Assembly (NCBI GenBank): GCA_963528105.1
Contig: CAURUY010000004.1
Location: 6,331 to 70,330 of the forward strand
DNA: 64,000 nt
Direction: 5' to 3'
DNA from: an uncultured Streptococcus sp.
GTDB taxonomy: Bacteria > Bacillota > Bacilli > Lactobacillales > Streptococcaceae
Positions within the stretch are counted from its first letter, which is position 1; each line of letters begins with the position of its first letter. Both the position numbers and the translations under genes were made by a program. The notes beneath the pieces are model-generated. The model saw nothing but the letters and a program-made list of their open reading frames with translations. It was not told where the DNA came from and searched no databases. Of the stretch, positions 36,296 through 45,302 are shown in pieces.

Positions 36296-37555
36296 ATGAA
36301 AGTCTTTCAGCATGTAAATATCGTGACTTGTGACCAAGATTTCCAGGTCTATCTGGATGGGATTTTAGCTATTAAAGAATCCCAAATCGTCTATGTCGGT
36401 CAGGAAAATCAAGAGATTCTTAAACAAGCAGATCAAATCATAGACTATCAGGGGGCTTGGATCATGCCTGGCTTGGTTAACTGCCATACTCACTCTGCCA
36501 TGACAGGCTTGAGAGGCATTCGTGATGATAGCAATCTCCACGAATGGCTAGAGGACTATATCTGGCCAGCAGAAGCAGAATTCACACCAGAGATGACTAC
36601 AAAGGCCGTCAAAGAGGCTCTGACAGAGATGCTCCAGTCAGGAACGACAACTTTCAATGATATGTACAATCCTAATGGAGTGGATATAGAGAAGATTTAT
36701 GAGGCAGTCAAGGCGTCCAAGATGCGTTGCTATTTTTCTCCAACCCTTTTTTCATCAGACGTGGAGACGACGGCTGAAACTATAGCCAGAACTCGAGTTG
36801 TTATCAAGACAATCAAAGGTTATCAAGACCCAAATTTCAAGGTGATGGTGGCTCCTCACTCGCCCTACAGTTGTAGTCGAGATTTGCTGGAGGCAAGTCT
36901 TGAGCTAGCAAAAGAAGAAAACATTCCCCTTCATATCCACGTGGCAGAAACACAGGAAGAGTCAGGCATTATCCTGAAACGCTATGGCAAACGCCCATTA
37001 GCATTTCTAGATGATCTTGGCTATTTAGATCATAAAGCTGTCTTTGCTCATGGTGTGGAGTTAAATGAAGCAGAAATAGAACGCTTGGCAGATTCGCAAG
37101 TCGCTATCGCCCACAATCCTATCAGCAACCTCAAACTAGCCTCAGGGATTGCACCAGTTGTCCAACTTCAGAAAGCAGGAGTACCAGTTGGTATCGCAAC
37201 GGACTCAGTTGCTTCTAATAATAACCTTGATATGTTTGAGGAAGGTCGTACGGCAGCCCTTTTACAGAAAATGAAGAGTGGTGATGCCAGCCAATTTCCT
37301 ATTGCAACTGCCCTCAAGGCACTGACGATTGAAGGAGCTAAGGTGTTGGGAATGGAAGATGAGATTGGTAGCCTAGAAGTCGGCAAGCAAGCAGATTTTC
37401 TCGTCATCCAACCGCAAGGAAAAATCCATCTCCAACCTCAAGAAAACATGCTGTCTCACCTAGTTTACGCTGTCAAATCCAGTGATGTTGATGACGTCTA
37501 CATTGCTGGTAACCAAGTCGTAAAAGACGGTCAAGTGTTGACAGTTAACTTGTAA
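36296..37555 (+). CDS. TRZ/ATZ-family amidohydrolase (MTA/SAH deaminase-like)
   Basis: PGLVNCHTH, APHSPY, HVAET, HNPISNLKL, IATD. Confidence 0.85.
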   Translation: MKVFQHVNIVTCDQDFQVYLDGILAIKESQIVYVGQENQEILKQADQIIDYQGAWIMPGLVNCHTHSAMTGLRGIRDDSNLHEWLEDYIWPAEAEFTPEMTTKAVKEALTEMLQSGTTTFNDMYNPNGVDIEKIYEAVKASKMRCYFSPTLFSSDVETTAETIARTRVVIKTIKGYQDPNFKVMVAPHSPYSCSRDLLEASLELAKEENIPLHIHVAETQEESGIILKRYGKRPLAFLDDLGYLDHKAVFAHGVELNEAEIERLADSQVAIAHNPISNLKLASGIAPVVQLQKAGVPVGIATDSVASNNNLDMFEEGRTAALLQKMKSGDASQFPIATALKALTIEGAKVLGMEDEIGSLEVGKQADFLVIQPQGKIHLQPQENMLSHLVYAVKSSDVDDVYIAGNQVVKDGQVLTVNL

Positions 37556-37736
37556 AAAAGTAGTATAAATTTTCTAAATCTCATGGGAAAATTCTTGTGA
37601 GATTTTCTATTTTTGCTTAAGGAATTGTAGGTTTAACTTTTTACAGAAATATGTTGATACTAAATTTAAAAAAACACCGATTAGATAAATAAGAAAAATT
37701 GTGGTATAATAAAACGATACAATTAAAGGAGTATGT

Positions 37737-38832
37737 ATGGACATTTCAGAAATTCGTCAAAAAATTGACGCAAATCGTGAAAAATTAGCTTCTTTTAGGG
37801 GGTCTCTTTGACCTCGAAGGTTTAGAGGAAGAGATTGCCATTTTGGAAAACAAAATGACAGAACCTGATTTTTGGAACGATAATATTGCGGCTCAAAAAA
37901 CGTCGCAAGAATTAAACGAACTCAAAAATACCTATAATACCTTCCACAAGATGGATGAGTTGCAGGATGAAGTTGAGATTTTACTAGACTTTTTGGCAGA
38001 GGACGAATCTGTAAAGGATGAGTTGGTTGAAAAACTCGATGAGTTAGCGCAGATGATGACTAGTTACGAAATGACCCTGCTTTTGTCAGAACCTTATGAT
38101 CACAACAATGCTATCCTAGAAATCCATCCGGGTTCAGGGGGAACAGAGGCTCAAGACTGGGGCGATATGCTCCTTCGTATGTATACTCGCTATGGAAATG
38201 CCAAAGGCTTCAAGGTTGAGGTCTTGGACTACCAAGCAGGTGATGAGGCAGGAATCAAGTCAGTAACCTTGTCTTTTGAAGGACCAAATGCTTATGGTCT
38301 TCTCAAGTCAGAGATGGGAGTTCACCGTTTGGTCCGAATCTCACCATTTGACTCTGCTAAACGTCGCCACACCTCATTTACTTCTGTAGAAGTCATGCCA
38401 GAGTTGGATGATACCATCGAAGTTGAAATCCGTGAGGATGATATCAAGATGGATACCTTCCGTTCAGGAGGAGCAGGTGGACAAAACGTCAACAAGGTTT
38501 CAACAGGTGTCCGCTTGACTCACATTCCGACAGGTATCGTCGTAGCATCAACTGTTGACCGTACTCAGTATGGGAACCGTGACCGTGCTATGAAGATGCT
38601 TCAGGCAAAACTCTACCAGATGGAGCAGGAAAAGAAAGCTGCTGAGGTAGACTCGCTCAAGGGTGAGAAAAAGGAAATTACATGGGGAAGCCAAATCCGC
38701 TCCTATGTATTTACGCCTTATACAATGGTAAAAGACCATCGTACCAACTTTGAAGTAGCGCAAGTAGATAAGGTAATGGATGGAGACCTAGATGGTTTCA
38801 TCGATGCTTATCTGAAATGGCGTATCAGTTAA
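37737..38832 (+). CDS. prfB: Peptide chain release factor 2 with programmed +1 frameshift
   Basis: ATG 37737 gives 24 codons to CTT-TGA-C (37806-37812) with internal SD AGGGGG at 37797-37802; the +1 frame contains SPF and GGQ motifs. Confidence 0.97.
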
Positions 38833-38847
38833 AAGAAAGGAAGTCAC

Positions 38848-39540
38848 ATGTCAATCATTGAAATGAGAGATGTTGTCAAAAAATATGACAACGGGACAAC
38901 AGCCCTACGTGGCATCACTGTAAATATCGATGCAGGAGAATTTGCCTACATCGTAGGACCTTCAGGTGCTGGTAAATCAACCTTTATCCGTGCCTTGTAC
39001 CGCGAAGTAAAAATTGAGAAAGGAAGCTTGCAGGTCGCAGGTTTTAACCTGGTTAAGATTAAAAAGAAAGACATTCCATTCTTACGTAGAAACGTAGGCG
39101 TAGTCTTTCAGGATTACAAACTTTTGCCAAAGAAAACCGTTTATGAGAACATTGCATACGCAATGGAGGTTGTCGGCGAAAGCCGTCGTAACATCAAAAA
39201 ACGTGTTATGGAAGTCTTGGACCTTGTCGGTTTGAAGCACAAGGTTCGTTCATTCCCAAATGAGCTTTCAGGTGGTGAGCAACAACGTATCGCCATTGCG
39301 CGTGCTATCGTAAACAATCCTAAAGTATTGATTGCCGACGAACCAACAGGGAACTTGGACCCAGATAACTCATGGGAAATCATGAACCTCTTGGAACGTA
39401 TCAATCTCCAAGGGACAACTGTTTTGATGGCGACCCACAACAGCCAAATCGTAAATACCTTGCGCCACCGCGTTATTGCCATCGAAAATGGTCGCGTGGT
39501 ACGTGATGAAGCGAAAGGAGAGTACGGATACGATGATTAG
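38848..39540 (+). CDS. ftsE: Cell division ATP-binding protein FtsE
   Basis: GPSGAGKS, VFQDYKLL, LSGGEQQR; prfB-ftsE-ftsX synteny. Confidence 0.96.
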   Translation: MSIIEMRDVVKKYDNGTTALRGITVNIDAGEFAYIVGPSGAGKSTFIRALYREVKIEKGSLQVAGFNLVKIKKKDIPFLRRNVGVVFQDYKLLPKKTVYENIAYAMEVVGESRRNIKKRVMEVLDLVGLKHKVRSFPNELSGGEQQRIAIARAIVNNPKVLIADEPTGNLDPDNSWEIMNLLERINLQGTTVLMATHNSQIVNTLRHRVIAIENGRVVRDEAKGEYGYDD

Positions 39541-40459
39541 TAGATTTTTCCGCCATCTGTTCGAAGCTTTAAAAAGTTTAAAGCGTAATGGATGGATGAC
39601 CATTGCTGCTATCAGTTCAGTAATGATTACCTTGACCTTGGTTGCTATTTTTGCGTCAGTTATTTTCAATACTGCAAAATTGGCAACTGATATCGAAAAC
39701 AACGTCCGCGTCATGGTTTATGTTCGTAAAGACGTTGAAGACAATAGTGAAACCATTGTAAAAGAAGGCCAAACAGTCACGAACAATGACTACCACAAGG
39801 TCTACGATGCCCTCAAAGCCTTGCCAGCCGTTAAAAATGTAACCTTTTCAAGTAAAGAAGAACAATACCAAAAGCTAACTGAAACTATGGGTGATGAGTG
39901 GAAGGTTTTCGATGGAGATGCTAATCCACTTCACGATGCATATATCGTAGATACCAATTCACCAAGTGATGTAAAACCTGTAGCTGAAGAAGCTAAGAAA
40001 ATCGAAGGTGTCTCTGAAGTTCAAGACGGTGGTGCCAATACCGAACGTCTCTTCAAGTTGGCTTCCTTCATCCGTGTATGGGGATTGGTCATCGCAGGAC
40101 TCTTGATCTTTATCGCAGTCTTCTTGATTTCAAATACCATCCGTATTACTATCATTTCACGTAGCCGTGAAATCCAAATCATGCGTTTGGTTGGTGCCAA
40201 GAACGGTTATATCCGTGGCCCATTCTTGCTAGAAGGTGCCTTTATCGGATTGTTGGGAGCAGCTCTTCCATCAGCATTGGTTTACTTTATCTATAACCGA
40301 GTGTTCCAATCTGTCAACCCATCCTTGGTTGGTCAAAACTTATCTTTGATTACACCGGATCTCTTTATTCCATTGATGATTGCTCTCTTGTTCGTCATCG
40401 GAATCTGTATCGGTTCACTTGGTTCAGGAATCTCAATGCGTCGATTCTTGAAAATTTAA
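39533..40459 (+). CDS. ftsX: Cell division permease FtsX
   Basis: SLKRNGWMT, ISNTIRITI, EIQIMRLVGA; ATG 39533 overlaps the ftsE stop. Confidence 0.95.
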   Translation: MISRFFRHLFEALKSLKRNGWMTIAAISSVMITLTLVAIFASVIFNTAKLATDIENNVRVMVYVRKDVEDNSETIVKEGQTVTNNDYHKVYDALKALPAVKNVTFSSKEEQYQKLTETMGDEWKVFDGDANPLHDAYIVDTNSPSDVKPVAEEAKKIEGVSEVQDGGANTERLFKLASFIRVWGLVIAGLLIFIAVFLISNTIRITIISRSREIQIMRLVGAKNGYIRGPFLLEGAFIGLLGAALPSALVYFIYNRVFQSVNPSLVGQNLSLITPDLFIPLMIALLFVIGICIGSLGSGISMRRFLKI

Positions 40460-40630
40460 ATCAAATATCTTGATAAAACATATAAAAGTGGGATGTCATC
40501 AAGACTTTATAGTGCTTGATGCCCCGCTTTTTCTTTTGGTCTCATTACTTAGTCACTTGCCAATTTTTGGGAAACAGTGTATGATAGGAAAGGACCTTTT
40601 TTACTAACATGAATCATGAATGAGGACAAG

Positions 40631-41785
40631 ATGAAACAATTTTTAGAAAAAGTGAGTATACTCTCTCTGTCGTTAGTATTAATCACATCGTTTTCAATTT
40701 CGAGTGCCCTGCCAGCTATGTTTGACTATTATCAGGGCTACTCAAAAGGCCAGGTCGAGCTCTTGGTCAGCCTTCCATCCTTTGGAATTATGGCTATGCT
40801 TTTATTGAATGGAGTTTTAGAGCGGATTTTTCCAGAACGTCTCCAACTGACTCTAGGACTTTTAGTTTTGTCAATTAGTGGAACAGCCCCCTTCTGGTAT
40901 CAGGGTTATTACTTTGTCTTTGCGACACGTCTTCTCTTTGGACTTGGAGTTGGAATGCTGAACGCCAAGGCAATCTCTATCATCAGTGAGCGTTATCAAG
41001 GCAAGACTCGTATCCAAATGCTTGGTTTTCGTGGCTCAGCTGAGGTAGTAGGTGCTTCTATCTTGACGCTGGCGGTGGGGCAACTTTTGGCTTTTGGTTG
41101 GACCGCTACTTTCTTAGCCTATGCAGCAGGTTTAGTGGTTCTTGCACTCTTCCTTCTCTTTGTACCCTATGGTAAAGCTGAAATATTCGCTTCAAAGCAA
41201 AAGACAGAAGAAACAGTGAGTTTGACTCGTTCTATGCTACAGCTAATTTTCTTCCTAGCCATTGGGGCTGCAGTCATTGTATGTACCAATACAGCCATTA
41301 CATTCCGAATTCCTAGTCTCATGATTGAGGCAGGTTTCGGAGATGCTCAGTTGTCTAGTCTAGTATTAAGTGCCATGCAGTTGATCGGGATTTTAGCGGG
41401 AATTAGCTTTTCTTTCCTCATATCTGCCTTCAAGGAAAAATTGTTATTGGTTGCAGGAGTCACCTTTGGAATTGGGCAAATCATTATTGCCATAGCACCA
41501 TCACTCTGGGTGGTTGTTGCAGGATCTATCCTGGGAGGATTTGCCTACAGCATTGCTCTGACGACAGTCTTTCAGTTGATATCTGAGAAAATTCCAGCTA
41601 AACTCCTCAACAAAGCAACTTCCTATGCTGTTTTGGGCTGTAGTTTTGGTGCATCTTTAACGCCATTCGTTCTTTCAGGGATTAGCTTTGTGACTTTAGA
41701 TGGTCGCATGACATTTATCATTCTAGGAGCATGGATGATTGCCACATCAGTCCTTGTTTCCTTTTTATTGAAAAAAGAAGTCTAA
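40631..41785 (+). CDS. MFS transporter
   Basis: About 12 hydrophobic segments, RLLFGLGVG motif; start after GAGGA (alternative 40616). Confidence 0.8.
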   Translation: MKQFLEKVSILSLSLVLITSFSISSALPAMFDYYQGYSKGQVELLVSLPSFGIMAMLLLNGVLERIFPERLQLTLGLLVLSISGTAPFWYQGYYFVFATRLLFGLGVGMLNAKAISIISERYQGKTRIQMLGFRGSAEVVGASILTLAVGQLLAFGWTATFLAYAAGLVVLALFLLFVPYGKAEIFASKQKTEETVSLTRSMLQLIFFLAIGAAVIVCTNTAITFRIPSLMIEAGFGDAQLSSLVLSAMQLIGILAGISFSFLISAFKEKLLLVAGVTFGIGQIIIAIAPSLWVVVAGSILGGFAYSIALTTVFQLISEKIPAKLLNKATSYAVLGCSFGASLTPFVLSGISFVTLDGRMTFIILGAWMIATSVLVSFLLKKEV

Positions 41786-41790
41786 CAAAG

Positions 41791-41821
41791 AAAAACTCAA
41801 GGATTCTCCTTGAGTTTTTTG
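41791..41821. terminator. Bidirectional terminator between convergent genes
   Basis: AAAAACTCAAGGA-TTC-TCCTTGAGTTTTT. Confidence 0.8.
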
Positions 41822-41825
41822 TGTA

Positions 41826-42446
41826 TTAGCCAACCATTTGCCAAAAGAAATCGATGATATAGGTCAAGCCATAGGTGTAAACGACCAGGGTAAAGGGTTT
41901 GGTCAGGATGATAATGGTCATATACCGCTTGAAGCTCATTTTAGTCAGAGCGGCTAGCATGCAGAGAAAGTCAGCTGGACTAACTGGCCAAATCATCATA
42001 AAGATAAAGAATCGGTCAAAGCGATTGTCCTTATCCAACCAGCCAATGTACTTATCATAGGTCCGCTTGCTGACGACAGACTGAACAAAGGGGGCTCCGT
42101 AGAGACGCACCAAGTAAAAGATAATGGCGCAACCAATAACAATGCCAATATAGTTGTAAATCGTCCCCACGATATGCCCGTAGATAAAGACACCGGCAAC
42201 GGATGTCAGAGCACCAGGAATGATAGGAACAACTGTCTGCAAAATCTGTAGAAAGATAAAGAGCGGTGGCCCCCAGAAACCAGCCTGTTGGATAAAAGCA
42301 GATAGGGTTTCCTTGGAGTGCAAAATTCCAGCCTGATAGGCCCAGATACAGAATATCACCGTACCAACTCCACCGATGATGGAGGAAATATTGATTGCTT
42401 GCTGTAGAAGGGGAGAAACAGCTTTCATTTCTTTATCGTGTGACAT
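41826..42446 (-). CDS. TVP38/TMEM64 (DedA/VTT) family membrane protein
   Basis: LQTVVPIIPG and PVSPADFLCMLAAL motifs; hydrophobic. Confidence 0.8.
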   Translation of the reverse strand: MSHDKEMKAVSPLLQQAINISSIIGGVGTVIFCIWAYQAGILHSKETLSAFIQQAGFWGPPLFIFLQILQTVVPIIPGALTSVAGVFIYGHIVGTIYNYIGIVIGCAIIFYLVRLYGAPFVQSVVSKRTYDKYIGWLDKDNRFDRFFIFMMIWPVSPADFLCMLAALTKMSFKRYMTIIILTKPFTLVVYTYGLTYIIDFFWQMVG

Positions 42447-42582
42447 GTAAACTCCTCTTGTGTAGTATGATTCTACTATACCATATTTTAGGGAGAAAGA
42501 CTATATGGGATACTTCGTGTGACTTTGCCTCAAGTATGGTAAAATGGGAATAAGAAAATGACAGCTTAGAATGAGGAAAATC

Positions 42583-45228
42583 ATGTTAGGATTGAAGTTT
42601 AATGGCACTTGGCGCAACTACCAAAAACAGGTCTTGGATAACTTCCAAGAATACCAAGCAGATGGTCATGTTCACTTGGTGGCAGCGCCAGGTTCAGGGA
42701 AAACAACCATAGGAATCGAGTTGATTGCTCGCTTTGATAAGCCTGCTCTCGTTTTGGTACCGACGGTGACCATTCGGGAACAATGGGTGGATAGGATTCG
42801 CCAGGCCTTTTTAGAGGATGAGGACCAGGTCACAAGTCTCGTGTCTCAAAATCTCAAGGACATGAAGCAAATCACCATCGCCACCTACCAAGCTTTTCAC
42901 AGTGCTATGCAACAGGTACAATCTCAAGAAGATAACGGCGAGGTTGAGGATTTTGTAGGCTTTGACCTGCTTGCCAGACTCAAGGAAAGGGGTGTCGAAA
43001 CCCTCTGTCTGGACGAATGCCATCACTTGAGAAATGAATGGTGGAAAAGTCTAGAAGATTTCCGTAAAAACTATCCGCAACTGCAAGTCATCTCTCTCAC
43101 TGCGACACCGCCTTATGACAGTGAGCCAGAACTCTGGGATCGCTATCTCCAGATGTGTGGCGAGATTGACCAAGAAATCACGGTGCCAGAACTGGTCAAG
43201 GAAGACACTCTTTGCCCTCATCAGGACTTTGTCTATATCTGTTTTCCGACTAAGGAAGAGGACAAACGCTTGGAAGAGTTTGAAGACACTAAGTGGCAGT
43301 ATGTCAGCCAACTAGTCGATGATCCTGACTTCCAAGAGTTGATTCGGAGTTCCAAGGTTCTGAAAGGGGAAATTTCTGCGGATATGCTCCTCGAAGACCC
43401 CAAGTATCTCTCAGCACTCCTCATTTATCTACAGGCTCAAAAGCTAGAAATCCCCAAGTATCTACGAGATTTACTAGGTGCTGAAGGCTTGCCTTCCCTT
43501 AATTACTATTGGCTAGAAGTTCTCTTGCAAGGCCTTCTCTATCAGACTCCTGATTGGTATGAGGATCCGCAGGAGACAAAGAAAAAGATAGAAGCAGAAC
43601 TGAAATCAAGAGGACTAATTGAAAAACGTCAGGTTTTCTTGGTCAAATCCAAGGCCAATGACCAAATCCTCAACCAATCTCTAGGAAAACTGGCTTGCAT
43701 CGCATCTATTTTTGAAACCGAGTATGCTAGTCTAGGAAAGGACTTGAGACAGTTAGTCTTGGCGGATTATATCCGTAAGGACTTTGCTAACTATCTAGGG
43801 GATGATCAGGCACCAATCACGCAATTAGGTGTCCTCCCTTATTTTGAAACCATTCGCAGAAGTGCACAAAAACAAGGCTTGTCTGTCCCTATAGCAGTCC
43901 TTTCAGGTAGTGTCGTAATCATACCGGCTAGTGTCAAGGCAGAACTTCAAGCACTCATTCCAAACACTAGCTTAAGCTTCTCTGCCATCGGAAAACTCGA
44001 TCAAGGTGCTTATCTCCAAGTAGGCTTTCCATCCAGCTTTAAGGGGATGGTCGCAGCAGTGACCGAGCTCTTCCAACGTGGTTCTATACAGGTCTTGGTC
44101 GGTACCAAGTCTCTCTTGGGAGAAGGATGGGATGCGCCTTGTGTCAACTCTCTCATCCTCGGAAGTTTTGTCGGAAGCTTTATGCTCAGCAATCAAATGC
44201 GGGGCCGTGCCATCCGTATCTGGTCAGGACATCCAGATAAGACCAGCAATATCTGGCACCTAGTAGCCATCAAACCGTACAAAAATCCAGCCTTTTCTAA
44301 GGAGGATCAAGAGGAACTAGACCTCAATCCTTATCAAGACCTCCAAACCCTTGCCCGTCGTATGGAGCATTTCCTTGGCTTGTCCTATAAGGAAGATACC
44401 ATTGAAACAGGTCTGGATCGCTTGAACTTTCCTGAGTTCCCATTTAAGAAAAAGAAACTCGAAGACTATAACGAGAAGATCATGGAACTATCCAAGGATC
44501 GTGCCTCCCTTCGTAAAAAATGGCAGGAATCTCTCATTGTTGCTGATAAGATTGAGATTGTCAATGAAGTGGCGACCGACAGCAAACGAATCCCTCTGCT
44601 TGCCCTAGCGGATGCTGAAAAGTGGCTTCGCTATGCTCTGATAGTATTTGCCATTAGTCTCCTAACTTATGTCGTTCGACTAACCATTTTTGCCTTGCCA
44701 TGGTTGACAGCTCTTTGTGTCCTCTTCCTAGCTATCACAGCCTTTCGCTACTACAGCTACAAGAGTCCTTATAAACGCTTGCGCCAGATCGGTGAAGCTA
44801 TTCGCAAAGCCATGGTGACTGCCGGGCATTTGTCTGATGACCAGTCGCGCGTGCAGGTCGATGAGGACAAGGACAGCTTTAATGTCTTTGCCTATCTAAA
44901 AGGTGGCAGCATGCGAGACAAGGAACTTTTTTCCAAGGTCTTAGGAGAATTCTTTGCCCCAGTGGACAATCAACGTTACCTCTTAGTCGCTCAAAAAGCA
45001 CCAGCAGGTCAGTCCAAGTATTTCGTAGTGCCTAGCCTCTTTGAAAAACGCAAGGAAGATGCCCAGCTCTTCCAAAATGCCGTCGCACCACACATTGGCA
45101 ACTACCAACTCGTCTACACCCGCAACGAAGCAGGCCGAAGAATTCTGCTCGAAGCCAGACTCAAATCTCTAGCCAACAAAAACGACCGCATCATCACCAA
45201 AAAGAAGGTTAAAAGTGCTTTGAAATAA
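42583..45228 (+). CDS. SF2 (DExH) helicase-like protein with two C-terminal-half TM helices
   Basis: AAPGSGKT, LDECHH, TAT, LGEGWDAP, QMRGRAIR; hydrophobic pair at about 44623-44754. Confidence 0.85.
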   Translation: MLGLKFNGTWRNYQKQVLDNFQEYQADGHVHLVAAPGSGKTTIGIELIARFDKPALVLVPTVTIREQWVDRIRQAFLEDEDQVTSLVSQNLKDMKQITIATYQAFHSAMQQVQSQEDNGEVEDFVGFDLLARLKERGVETLCLDECHHLRNEWWKSLEDFRKNYPQLQVISLTATPPYDSEPELWDRYLQMCGEIDQEITVPELVKEDTLCPHQDFVYICFPTKEEDKRLEEFEDTKWQYVSQLVDDPDFQELIRSSKVLKGEISADMLLEDPKYLSALLIYLQAQKLEIPKYLRDLLGAEGLPSLNYYWLEVLLQGLLYQTPDWYEDPQETKKKIEAELKSRGLIEKRQVFLVKSKANDQILNQSLGKLACIASIFETEYASLGKDLRQLVLADYIRKDFANYLGDDQAPITQLGVLPYFETIRRSAQKQGLSVPIAVLSGSVVIIPASVKAELQALIPNTSLSFSAIGKLDQGAYLQVGFPSSFKGMVAAVTELFQRGSIQVLVGTKSLLGEGWDAPCVNSLILGSFVGSFMLSNQMRGRAIRIWSGHPDKTSNIWHLVAIKPYKNPAFSKEDQEELDLNPYQDLQTLARRMEHFLGLSYKEDTIETGLDRLNFPEFPFKKKKLEDYNEKIMELSKDRASLRKKWQESLIVADKIEIVNEVATDSKRIPLLALADAEKWLRYALIVFAISLLTYVVRLTIFALPWLTALCVLFLAITAFRYYSYKSPYKRLRQIGEAIRKAMVTAGHLSDDQSRVQVDEDKDSFNVFAYLKGGSMRDKELFSKVLGEFFAPVDNQRYLLVAQKAPAGQSKYFVVPSLFEKRKEDAQLFQNAVAPHIGNYQLVYTRNEAGRRILLEARLKSLANKNDRIITKKKVKSALK

Positions 45229-45257
45229 AAGGAAGTGAGCGTTTTCTGCTAGGAATA

Positions 45258-45296
45258 TGATATAATAATAGCAAGAATATTGTCCCTGAAGGAGAA
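45258..45296 (+). promoter_or_regulatory. Extended -10 promoter and RBS for hsdR
   Basis: TGaTATAAT at 45258-45266; AAGGAGA before ATG 45303. Confidence 0.55.
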
Positions 45297-45302
45297 ATAT
45301 AG

